IMG/VR virus record: IMGVR_UViG_3300045988_080771
Span: 1-61,265 of that record
Strand: one strand, 5' to 3'
Origin: a virus
DNA length: 61,265 nucleotides
This document shows, piece by piece, positions 1-6,460 of this stretch. The stretch's first letter is position 1. Each line of letters begins with the position of its first letter. The notes below the pieces were generated by a model. That model was not told the origin of the DNA. It worked only from the letters and a program-made list of their open reading frames with translations, and ran no database searches. The position numbers and the translations under genes were made by a program.

Positions 1-119
1 ATTTTTTTTTTTATGCCTCGCGAAAGAAACATGGTTTTTAATGAAAAAGTAAACTACTATAAAAGGAGTTATTATGACTTGTAATCTTGACACTGGACAT
101 GATTTTATCGAAGTTCAGA
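1..119. repeat. Terminal overlap: 1-119 is identical to 61147-61265 (unit genome length 61146 bp)
   Basis: The same string (a + 11 t + atgcctcgcgaaagaaac ... gaagttcaga) was read at both ends, at a constant offset of 61146. Confidence 0.95.
18..45 (+). promoter_or_regulatory. Conserved early promoter-like motif PE-1
   Basis: tcgcgaaagaaacatggtttttaatgaa; follows a T-run; AAGGAG and the ATG at 74 lie 29 nt downstream. Confidence 0.6.
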
Positions 120-307
120 ATATCAACGCTTATGAAGATTACGATGCTCTAGCTAAGTTACTGAATCGACATTCATATCTTATTACTAGGATTGATAATA
201 TGGAAACAGTAACTGATGGAGACATCTACAATATTCACGTACATATTCGACATTCGATATTCGCACCATATGTCATACATCTCATTAAGAAATACTTGAA
301 CATCTGA
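74..307 (+). CDS. hypothetical early protein (77 aa)
   Basis: ORF track; RBS aaaggag 7 nt upstream; preceded by PE-1 and followed by a hairpin. Confidence 0.75.
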   Translation: MTCNLDTGHDFIEVQNINAYEDYDALAKLLNRHSYLITRIDNMETVTDGDIYNIHVHIRHSIFAPYVIHLIKKYLNI

Positions 308-311
308 TTAT

Positions 312-345
312 AAGAGCTCATGACAAAATCGTGGGCTCTTTATTC
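312..345 (+). terminator. intrinsic terminator-like hairpin
   Basis: aagagctcatga-caaaa-tcgtgggctctt (12 bp including 2 G-U pairs) followed by a T-rich tail. Confidence 0.55.
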
Positions 346-346
346 T

Positions 347-375
347 TCGCGAAATAAACCTATCTCTTAATAGAA
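347..375 (+). promoter_or_regulatory. PE-2
   Basis: tcgcgaaataaacctatctcttaatagaa; ATG at 402. Confidence 0.6.
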
Positions 376-401
376 TATTAACCACTATTAAGGAGATTAA
401 A

Positions 402-590
402 ATGTACGATTCTATTATGAACTTTATTCCGTTCGTATCTATTATTGCCATTGTCGCGTATATTGTAAGCTTCGTTATCATCACCAAGATGATTCCGAAG
501 TTCAATAAGCGCAAGCCCAATGGACGTCATATTTACGAAACTAAAACTGTTTCATTAAGAGCGTATACTCGTGAATCCCTAAAGTATTGA
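402..590 (+). CDS. small membrane protein (62 aa, one TM helix)
   Basis: RBS taaggag; hydrophobic stretch FIPFVSIIAIVAYIVSFVIITKMI followed by a basic tail. Confidence 0.7.
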   Translation: MYDSIMNFIPFVSIIAIVAYIVSFVIITKMIPKFNKRKPNGRHIYETKTVSLRAYTRESLKY

Positions 591-596
591 TTCAAT

Positions 597-625
597 AAAC
601 CCAGAAATCTTCTGGGTTTATTTTT
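597..625 (+). terminator. intrinsic terminator
   Basis: aaacccaga-aatct-tctgggttt followed by atttttg. Confidence 0.7.
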
Positions 626-627
626 GC

Positions 628-655
628 TCGCGAGAAAATCATAGCCTTTAATGAA
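628..655 (+). promoter_or_regulatory. PE-3 (no ORF downstream)
   Basis: tcgcgagaaaatcatagcctttaatgaa; no RBS or ORF before the next promoter copy at 777. Confidence 0.55.
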
Positions 656-775
656 ATACTAGAGTGTATAACCAAAACACATTTGCTGCCAAGCCAAATC
701 GTAATAGCTTATCGGCAGAGGCGAATTAGACGGTCGCCCCGGAGTAAGCAACTTGAACATTTCACTTTATTTTTT
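656..775 (+). ncRNA. candidate small non-coding RNA or long leader transcribed from PE-3
   Basis: 120 nt with no RBS or ORF. Hairpins at 686-718 (ctgccaagc/gctt..ggcag) and 720-738 (ggcga/tcgcc). Ends in the T-run at 766-775. Confidence 0.3.
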
Positions 776-776
776 C

Positions 777-798
777 TCGCGAAAATTGACTTAATAAA
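777..798 (+). promoter_or_regulatory. PE-4 (short variant)
   Basis: tcgcgaaaattgacttaataaa; the TCGCGA and TTAAT elements are present but the spacer is about 7 nt shorter. Confidence 0.4.
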
Positions 799-815
799 AC
801 TATAAAGGAGTTATC

Positions 816-1061
816 ATGTTCAACATTATTCAGCTAATTTCCGATTTCATGACTAGCCTGCATACTGAAGAAATTGTACTGTTTAGCTTCGATGAAGAGG
901 CCATAGAACGTTTCATCAATGATGTAAAGATAATCGCACCTAAATGCGAAATTAACATAGCACATGATGGTTGTTATAGCATTACAGTTCGCCACATCTC
1001 AATAAAAGAGAAGCAGGCTATTGAAAGTCATGTGGCGAACTCCGCAATTTTACGTTGGTAA
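816..1061 (+). CDS. hypothetical early protein (81 aa)
   Basis: RBS aaaggag; ORF track. Confidence 0.7.
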   Translation: MFNIIQLISDFMTSLHTEEIVLFSFDEEAIERFINDVKIIAPKCEINIAHDGCYSITVRHISIKEKQAIESHVANSAILRW

Positions 1062-1111
1062 TTAAAAGATCAAAAGATAATCTATGATTTTAATACAGAT
1101 TCTCTTTTACC

Positions 1112-1140
1112 TCGCGAAAGAATCACATGCCTTAATAGAA
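1112..1140 (+). promoter_or_regulatory. PE-5
   Basis: tcgcgaaagaatcacatgccttaatagaa; ATG at 1169. Confidence 0.6.
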
Positions 1141-1168
1141 TATTAACCCACTATTAAGGAGTATTAAA

Positions 1169-1399
1169 ATGCCAAAGATCGATATTCGTGGCCGTATGAC
1201 CGCTCTTCGTGACCATCTGGCTTACACACCTTGCCAAGTGATCGATGTTGAACCACAACCCGACACCCTTAAGAATATTAAGGACGTCGATAAATGGTCC
1301 AAGATCGTACTCAAGATGGCATTGAGTGATGCCAGTCTAGAAGATCCGGTTTCTGCCGCACGAGTTATGGAGATCCTTAAGAATAAAGGTTACCTCTGA
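1169..1399 (+). CDS. hypothetical early protein (76 aa)
   Basis: RBS taaggag; ORF track. Confidence 0.75.
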   Translation: MPKIDIRGRMTALRDHLAYTPCQVIDVEPQPDTLKNIKDVDKWSKIVLKMALSDASLEDPVSAARVMEILKNKGYL

Positions 1400-1404
1400 A
1401 ATCC

Positions 1405-1437
1405 AGAGCCTGTGAGAAATCATAGGCTCTTATTTTT
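1405..1437 (+). terminator. intrinsic terminator (GAAA loop)
   Basis: agagcctgtga-gaaa-tcataggctct followed by tattttt. Confidence 0.7.
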
Positions 1438-1438
1438 C

Positions 1439-1467
1439 TCGCGAGAAAATCATAGTTCTTAATGATA
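1439..1467 (+). promoter_or_regulatory. PE-6
   Basis: tcgcgagaaaatcatagttcttaatgata; ATG at 1494. Confidence 0.6.
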
Positions 1468-1493
1468 AGCAAACCAATATAAAGGAGACACCT

Positions 1494-1601
1494 ATGTTTG
1501 ACTTTCTTAAGTTCCTTATCAAAGCTGTGCTGATTTCCGGAGCAGTTCTACTGATTGTTATAATCCTGTCTATCACTGGATTACTCAACATTCTTCTGTA
1601 G
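1494..1601 (+). CDS. 35-aa hydrophobic miniprotein (below the ORF-track cutoff)
   Basis: Translated by hand: MFDFLKFLIKAVLISGAVLLIVIILSITGLLNILL*. RBS aaaggag; flanked by PE-6 and a terminator. Confidence 0.6.
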   Translation: MFDFLKFLIKAVLISGAVLLIVIILSITGLLNILL

Positions 1602-1608
1602 AATCGCG

Positions 1609-1633
1609 AAGGTGCATCAGCACCTTTTTTTTT
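1609..1633 (+). terminator. intrinsic terminator
   Basis: aaggtgc-atca-gcacctt followed by a T9 run. Confidence 0.8.
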
Positions 1634-1661
1634 CGCGAAGAAATCACATGCCTTAATAGAA
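1633..1661 (+). promoter_or_regulatory. PE-7
   Basis: tcgcgaagaaatcacatgccttaatagaa, near-identical to PE-5 including its leader; ATG at 1689. Confidence 0.6.
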
Positions 1662-1688
1662 TATTAACCACTATTAAGGAGTATTAAA

Positions 1689-2024
1689 ATGCGTAACTAT
1701 ATCAAGCAGTTTATCAATATTGTCATTGCAGCTTTGCTGATCAGTATTGTTATTGAAGTTGGTATTGGCATTGGTGCTAACGTGTATAAAATGGTTGATG
1801 ACTATTATGCTTCACAGCATACCGAAATCGTTTCTGTTAATGATCAATTTGTTGACAGCTATATCGATACACCGGTTTTCTGTGATTCAAATGGTGTCGA
1901 CGATTTTTCATGTCGCGCAATGCAGACTAAAGTAACTATTGAATCAAAGCATCTCAATGGCGACATTGAAACAAACTACGAATATGGAGACGTATATTAC
2001 GAACCATTGGTTACTATTAAGTAA
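1689..2024 (+). CDS. membrane-anchored protein (111 aa)
   Basis: N-terminal TM helix IVIAALLISIVIEVGIGIGA; RBS taaggag. Confidence 0.75.
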   Translation: MRNYIKQFINIVIAALLISIVIEVGIGIGANVYKMVDDYYASQHTEIVSVNDQFVDSYIDTPVFCDSNGVDDFSCRAMQTKVTIESKHLNGDIETNYEYGDVYYEPLVTIK

Positions 2025-2026
2025 CT

Positions 2027-2060
2027 ATAAACCCTATGGAAACATAGGGTTTATATTTTT
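2027..2060 (+). terminator. intrinsic terminator, conserved hairpin family (CCCTATG-GAAA-CATAGGG)
   Basis: 12-bp stem ataaaccctatg/catagggtttat with a GAAA loop and a T5 tail. Confidence 0.8.
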
Positions 2061-2073
2061 CAGCACTTTATAC

Positions 2074-2101
2074 ACGCGAATAAAACAGCCCACTTAATGA
2101 A
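2074..2101 (+). promoter_or_regulatory. PE-8
   Basis: acgcgaataaaacagcccacttaatgaa; ATG at 2127. Confidence 0.55.
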
Positions 2102-2126
2102 AAGATAAATCTTTAAGGAGGCCATC

Positions 2127-2339
2127 ATGTCGCCATATATCTACAATATTATCTGTGCATTCGCACTTTTTGCTGGTGCAGCTTTACTGATCGGTATTGT
2201 TATCGATGATTTTGTTAACATTATTAATAATGTCATTGATAATGATAACTGTTTAAAGTTAAAGACTGTTCTGTCTGAAATCGGATCTCTGATAATTGCA
2301 GGTCTATGCGTAATGATAGGTATGAATATACTTATCTGA
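2127..2339 (+). CDS. small membrane protein (70 aa, 2 TM helices)
   Basis: RBS taaggagg; two hydrophobic segments. Confidence 0.75.
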   Translation: MSPYIYNIICAFALFAGAALLIGIVIDDFVNIINNVIDNDNCLKLKTVLSEIGSLIIAGLCVMIGMNILI

Positions 2340-2341
2340 TC

Positions 2342-2374
2342 ATAAGCCCTATGGAAACATAGGGCTTATATTTT
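2342..2374 (+). terminator. intrinsic terminator, same hairpin family
   Basis: ataagccctatg-gaaa-catagggcttat followed by atttt. Confidence 0.75.
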
Positions 2375-2391
2375 CGATAAAAGGAGTTATA

Positions 2392-2547
2392 ATGGGATTG
2401 GTAAATGGAACCGTAGTTCGAGCAATGGATTCCATGTATGGTGGTTACGAAGTAATCATTCATTTGGATGATCCGAATATGCTTGAGGAACTTAAAACTG
2501 GGCAGCATGTAGGAATCATCGATATTCTGGAAGGAGAAGCAGAATGA
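2392..2547 (+). CDS. hypothetical 51-aa protein (below the ORF-track cutoff)
   Basis: Translated by hand: MGLVNGTVVRAMDSMYGGYEVIIHLDDPNMLEELKTGQHVGIIDILEGEAE*. RBS aaaggag; its stop overlaps the next start (ATGA). Confidence 0.6.
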   Translation: MGLVNGTVVRAMDSMYGGYEVIIHLDDPNMLEELKTGQHVGIIDILEGEAE

Positions 2548-2741
2548 AAATCTGCTCATATTTGGCATCAATTGTTACTGGTATGTTGCTTATGGGATGC
2601 ATCATTATGGTTTCTATTAATCTTAATGCTAAAAGTGATGTGAATAAAGTCGAACATATAAAAACTGGAGATATCGATTGGGTCTGTATTGATAATGGTG
2701 ATTACACACGAAGTTGCGATGTTATTCAGAAATACCAATGA
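2544..2741 (+). CDS. small secreted or membrane protein (65 aa)
   Basis: N-terminal hydrophobic segment LASIVTGMLLMGCIIMV; RBS ggaaggag. Confidence 0.7.
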   Translation: MKICSYLASIVTGMLLMGCIIMVSINLNAKSDVNKVEHIKTGDIDWVCIDNGDYTRSCDVIQKYQ

Positions 2742-2759
2742 TATTCGAAAGGAGTTATT

Positions 2760-3257
2760 ATGCGTGTTTTGAGGATACTCGTCTATTATATTTTTGTGCC
2801 TAGAATCATTCCGGATTGGGATCTGTATAATAAATTCTGTGATGATTGTGTGGATAACAATGAAGATTTCCGCATGATCAGAATCGGATATTTGATGGAA
2901 CCTCAGAAACTATGGGTTCTTGATAAGTGTTTCCCAGAACTTATGAATACATTAAGAACATCAATAAATACATATTTTGATTATCGAAACAATTGGATAC
3001 CAATCGAGATGTTTGATTATAGTCAGCCATTCGAGAATATTGTTCGAGAATTCGATCGATTAAAAGAAAAGCATATTCTATGGATTAATTATACAGATTT
3101 GATTGCTTTATATGCTCCATATCTTTATGCCGCTCTCATTTCATTCTCGTATAAATTCCACGCATATGAGGATGCGTATGGCTTTGAAACATGCAGAGCA
3201 GATACAGCTGGTACACCAATCAAACGCGAAAAAATCATAGTCCTTAATGAAGTATAA
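2760..3257 (+). CDS. hypothetical protein (165 aa)
   Basis: RBS aaaggag; its last 11 codons are encoded by promoter copy PE-9. Confidence 0.75.
   Translation: MRVLRILVYYIFVPRIIPDWDLYNKFCDDCVDNNEDFRMIRIGYLMEPQKLWVLDKCFPELMNTLRTSINTYFDYRNNWIPIEMFDYSQPFENIVREFDRLKEKHILWINYTDLIALYAPYLYAALISFSYKFHAYEDAYGFETCRADTAGTPIKREKIIVLNEV
3224..3251 (+). promoter_or_regulatory. PE-9 (embedded in the 3' end of the upstream CDS)
   Basis: acgcgaaaaaatcatagtccttaatgaa; ATG at 3278. Confidence 0.6.
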
Positions 3258-3277
3258 CCACTATGAAAGGAGTCATA

Positions 3278-3436
3278 ATGACTTTCAAGCAATTCTTCAA
3301 GTATCAGTCCTATACTGCACTTATCTGGACTGCAATTTCCGCTGTTTTAAGCGTTTTTGCAGCTCTTGGAGTCAGTGCATTGTACAAGATCCATACAAAG
3401 AATGAATCTGAAAAAATCGAAGACTCTGAATCGTGA
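3278..3436 (+). CDS. 52-aa membrane miniprotein (below the ORF-track cutoff)
   Basis: Translated by hand: MTFKQFFKYQSYTALIWTAISAVLSVFAALGVSALYKIHTKNESEKIEDSES*. RBS gaaaggag. Confidence 0.6.
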   Translation: MTFKQFFKYQSYTALIWTAISAVLSVFAALGVSALYKIHTKNESEKIEDSES

Positions 3437-3444
3437 TTGATTCA

Positions 3445-3477
3445 ATAAACCCTATGGAAACATAGGGTTTATATTTT
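3445..3477 (+). terminator. intrinsic terminator, same hairpin family
   Basis: ataaaccctatg-gaaa-catagggtttat followed by atttt. Confidence 0.8.
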
Positions 3478-3504
3478 CGCGTAATAATCTTCGCCCTTAA
3501 TGAA
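3477..3504 (+). promoter_or_regulatory. PE-10
   Basis: tcgcgtaataatcttcgcccttaatgaa; ATG at 3518. Confidence 0.55.
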
Positions 3505-3517
3505 AGGAGGTTGACAC

Positions 3518-3808
3518 ATGTCAGCTCGAAAAGATAACATCAAGAAGATGGACCAAATCATATTTGAAAGCCTGGATTGTTCTCAGAGCAATCATCATCC
3601 CGATGAAGAAGAGTATGAAGAAGCCCTCAACAATGCGAAGAAAGTCGTTGACCTAAAGAATTCTTATAATTCTCAGCGTCACGAAAAGATCGTAAAGATT
3701 GTGGGAGCTGTCAGCTCTGTCGTATGCGTCGGAATGATGCTCGTCTTCGAACGATCCAATGCGATCACTACGAAGTCCCTTCCGTTCTTCCCGAAGCCAC
3801 ATATCTGA
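3518..3808 (+). CDS. hypothetical protein with a C-terminal TM helix (96 aa)
   Basis: RBS aaaggagg; hydrophobic segment IVGAVSSVVCVGMMLVF. Confidence 0.7.
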   Translation: MSARKDNIKKMDQIIFESLDCSQSNHHPDEEEYEEALNNAKKVVDLKNSYNSQRHEKIVKIVGAVSSVVCVGMMLVFERSNAITTKSLPFFPKPHI

Positions 3809-3819
3809 TTGACCACAAT

Positions 3820-3852
3820 AAAGCCCTGTGAAATTCACAGGGCTTATATTTT
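3820..3852 (+). terminator. intrinsic terminator
   Basis: aaagccctgtga-aat-tcacagggcttt-like stem followed by atatttt. Confidence 0.7.
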
Positions 3853-3867
3853 CTGAAAGGATTTATC

Positions 3868-4035
3868 ATGGCAACTAACAACAATAACAAGAACAAAGTA
3901 ACTTATTTCTCTGCAATCGCAATTGGTGTGGGAGTCGCAGCACTCTGTGCACAATCCATTTACCGAGCCGGGTATGATCACGGCGTTGCAGATACCAGTT
4001 TCAAGGCGATCTCCTGCATTCTCAAGTATCGCTAA
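3868..4035 (+). CDS. 55-aa membrane miniprotein on the + strand (preferred over the minus-strand ORF 3844..4044)
   Basis: Translated by hand: MATNNNNKNKVTYFSAIAIGVGVAALCAQSIYRAGYDHGVADTSFKAISCILKYR*. RBS gaaagga; co-oriented with every other gene. Confidence 0.55.
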   Translation: MATNNNNKNKVTYFSAIAIGVGVAALCAQSIYRAGYDHGVADTSFKAISCILKYR

Positions 4036-4055
4036 ATATTTCATAAGGAGTTATC

Positions 4056-4619
4056 ATGTATAAGAAGCTTGCCTATATTATTACAATTCTAACAGTCGCA
4101 TTTGTTTCTCTTACTGGCTGCGGAAGTGGTGTTTCATCCGCACCAGAACCTCAAGTCCAGAAATCAGAACAGAAGAAGGTCCAGAAAGAACTCGAGTATA
4201 TTGGAACATATTCTCAGAGTTTCGAATCTGATGATATCATTGGTGCATGTGACGATGGCGCAGAAGGCGGATGCAAGTATGAAGTCATACTGACATCAAA
4301 GAATATTACCGTATATTATACCAATAGTGTCGGAACCACTATGGTTTGGTATGGTAGTGCATCAGCAACCGATGTCACAAAGGACTACAGCAGTATCAAG
4401 AAAGCATATTCCATAGTGTCAACTCTTGATCCCGACTTCAGTTCCAAACCCAATGCATCAACCGCAATGTTCGGTTACGAAGGACATCATAAGAAGTTCA
4501 CGTACATCAATAGCAATGGCACAAAACATATTGAAATGGAAGTACCGGATTCTTCTGAAGATGCCATATTTGATACAACGAACATCAATCTATATTATCT
4601 GACAAAGGATGTTATCTGA
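4056..4619 (+). CDS. predicted lipoprotein (187 aa)
   Basis: Signal peptide MYKKLAYIITILTVAFVSLTG|C with lipobox L-T-G-C; RBS taaggag. Confidence 0.8.
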   Translation: MYKKLAYIITILTVAFVSLTGCGSGVSSAPEPQVQKSEQKKVQKELEYIGTYSQSFESDDIIGACDDGAEGGCKYEVILTSKNITVYYTNSVGTTMVWYGSASATDVTKDYSSIKKAYSIVSTLDPDFSSKPNASTAMFGYEGHHKKFTYINSNGTKHIEMEVPDSSEDAIFDTTNINLYYLTKDVI

Positions 4620-5197
4620 TGAAGAAACATATTGTGATCATCGGTCCATCTGGATCTGGAAAGACAACCCTTCAAAGAGCTCTTATCGATTTCGGATGGA
4701 AGGCTACAGTTTCTTATACAACAAGACCCATGCGTCCATCAGAAACTGATGATTTTCCATATCATTTTAGTGATGATCGAGAATTTGATCAGTTGGTTGA
4801 TGACGGCTGGCTATCCCTTGTTCGAGAGTATCGAGTCTGGAATGGACAAACATGGAAATATGGTTTCCCAATTTCAGATCTTAGAGCGAATGATCAAACA
4901 GTTTCTATTCTTGATCCATCGGGATATTTGGAACTGAAAGAAATGATCGATGACGTGTATGGTGTTTATATGGATATTCCGGAAGACGTAATCCGTTATC
5001 GATTACTTGCTCGAGGTGACAAGCCCGAAGAAATTGATCGACGAATCAAAGCTGACTTCGGAGACTTCGCTTATATTCGTCATAACTTCAGCAATGTATG
5101 TAATTTGCGGATAAATACTGTGAGAAAACCGTCACAGGATGCTGAACGAATCATCAATTATATTAATGCAGCAGAACGATCCGCGAAAAAATCATAG
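4619..5197 (+). CDS. guanylate kinase-like nucleoside monophosphate kinase (192 aa)
   Basis: P-loop GPSGSGKTT plus YTTRPMRPSE..D...YHF, matching the guanylate-kinase signature; its start overlaps the upstream stop (TGATG). Confidence 0.7.
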   Translation: MKKHIVIIGPSGSGKTTLQRALIDFGWKATVSYTTRPMRPSETDDFPYHFSDDREFDQLVDDGWLSLVREYRVWNGQTWKYGFPISDLRANDQTVSILDPSGYLELKEMIDDVYGVYMDIPEDVIRYRLLARGDKPEEIDRRIKADFGDFAYIRHNFSNVCNLRINTVRKPSQDAERIINYINAAERSAKKS

Positions 5198-5208
5198 CAC
5201 TTAATGAA
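5181..5208 (+). promoter_or_regulatory. PE-11 (overlaps the stop codon of the kinase gene)
   Basis: ccgcgaaaaaatcatagcacttaatgaa; ATG at 5236. Confidence 0.6.
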
Positions 5209-5235
5209 GTATAAACCCTCTACAAAGGAGAAAAT

Positions 5236-5592
5236 ATGACTGACGAGAACATTACTATTGACGAAACCACCGTCGATCCGAAGGATCAAAAGACGTCAAA
5301 GGTAAAGGAAAAGTTCCAGAAAGTCAAGTCCTGGTGCAAAGAGCACAAGGGAGAAATCATAAAAGACGCACTGTTCATCGGAGCAGGAGCTGCCGCAGTT
5401 GTGATCGCTAAGATCGCTACTAATAACAGTTCCGAAGATGAATATATGACGTATGCTTATGACGACTCCGTTGAAATCTCTGACAAGACTGACGAAGATG
5501 GAAACCCTTACTGTCTGATTTCCGCTAAATCCTCAGATGACGATGATTCCGAAGAATCGGATGATTCCAACGTCGAATCTACTGAAGAGTAA
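5236..5592 (+). CDS. membrane protein with a very acidic C-terminus (118 aa)
   Basis: TM helix ALFIGAGAAAVVIAKIA; tail SSDDDDSEESDDSNVESTEE. Confidence 0.7.
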   Translation: MTDENITIDETTVDPKDQKTSKVKEKFQKVKSWCKEHKGEIIKDALFIGAGAAAVVIAKIATNNSSEDEYMTYAYDDSVEISDKTDEDGNPYCLISAKSSDDDDSEESDDSNVESTEE

Positions 5593-5610
5593 TTTATTAC
5601 TGAAAGCCTC

Positions 5611-5644
5611 AAAGGCCTATGGAAACATAGGCCTTTAGCTTTTG
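5611..5644 (+). terminator. intrinsic terminator, hairpin-family variant
   Basis: aaaggcctatg-gaaa-cataggccttt followed by agctttt. Confidence 0.7.
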
Positions 5645-5657
5645 CCTAGGAGATATT

Positions 5658-6407
5658 ATGGATATTCAGCATATTTTAAATGTATCAAAACACTTCGTCA
5701 AGAAGAATTCGCCAGCTATCCTAACTGGAATGGCAGTTGTTGGTGTAGTAACTGTTGCAGTATCTGCGGTAAAGGATACTCATGTTGCTGATCGTAAACT
5801 CAAGATCGCTCGTATTGAAAGTGGTCGAGAGCTTACTAAGGTCGAAACCTTAAAGACGGCAGTCCCGTGCTATATTCCGACTGGACTTAGTGTTGTCGCG
5901 ACTCTTGCCTGCATTGGTGGTGCACTCAAAGCTGGTAATTCCAAGACCGCTGCATATGCTTCGGCATATACTATGGCCCAGGAAGCAGCGAAGAACTATC
6001 GAACTCAGGTTGAACGTATACTCTCTGAAAAAGATATTGAGAAACTGAACAACGCAGTCGCGGATGATGCGATGGCCAAGAGCGATTCCAAACCGATTGT
6101 AGTCGGAAGCGGTAAGGTCCTGTGCTTCGATCAGTTCTCTGGACGATATTTCGAATCCGACATGCAGAGTCTTCGTGAGATTCAGAACGATCTGAATGAA
6201 CAATTGCTCAGTGACATGTGGGTTTCCGTTAATGAGTATTACGATAAACTCAAGCTGGAACCGATCAATGCAGGCGAAGAATTGGGCTGGAATCCTGATT
6301 ATAAGGTAAAGCTTCAGTATAGTTCCCGCTTGTCAGAAGATGGACGTCCTTGCCTGGTGGTATCATTCGATACCAGTCCATCTGCTGATTTCTATCGCAA
6401 GTACTGA
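5658..6407 (+). CDS. membrane-anchored protein (249 aa), paralog of 8463..9377
   Basis: Shared N-terminal block KKNSPAILTG(M/V)..VVG and a second hydrophobic segment. Confidence 0.75.
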   Translation: MDIQHILNVSKHFVKKNSPAILTGMAVVGVVTVAVSAVKDTHVADRKLKIARIESGRELTKVETLKTAVPCYIPTGLSVVATLACIGGALKAGNSKTAAYASAYTMAQEAAKNYRTQVERILSEKDIEKLNNAVADDAMAKSDSKPIVVGSGKVLCFDQFSGRYFESDMQSLREIQNDLNEQLLSDMWVSVNEYYDKLKLEPINAGEELGWNPDYKVKLQYSSRLSEDGRPCLVVSFDTSPSADFYRKY

Positions 6408-6408
6408 T

Positions 6409-6436
6409 TCGCGATATTTTCATCGCCCTTAATGAA
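6409..6436 (+). promoter_or_regulatory. PE-12
   Basis: tcgcgatattttcatcgcccttaatgaa; ATG at 6461. Confidence 0.6.
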
Positions 6437-6460
6437 ACCTAGATATTCGAAAGGAGTATC

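Noticed and set aside
3844-4044. 66-aa minus-strand ORF
   Set aside because: A + strand 55-aa ORF (3868..4035) with an RBS, sitting directly after a terminator and in line with all neighbouring genes, explains the same interval better.
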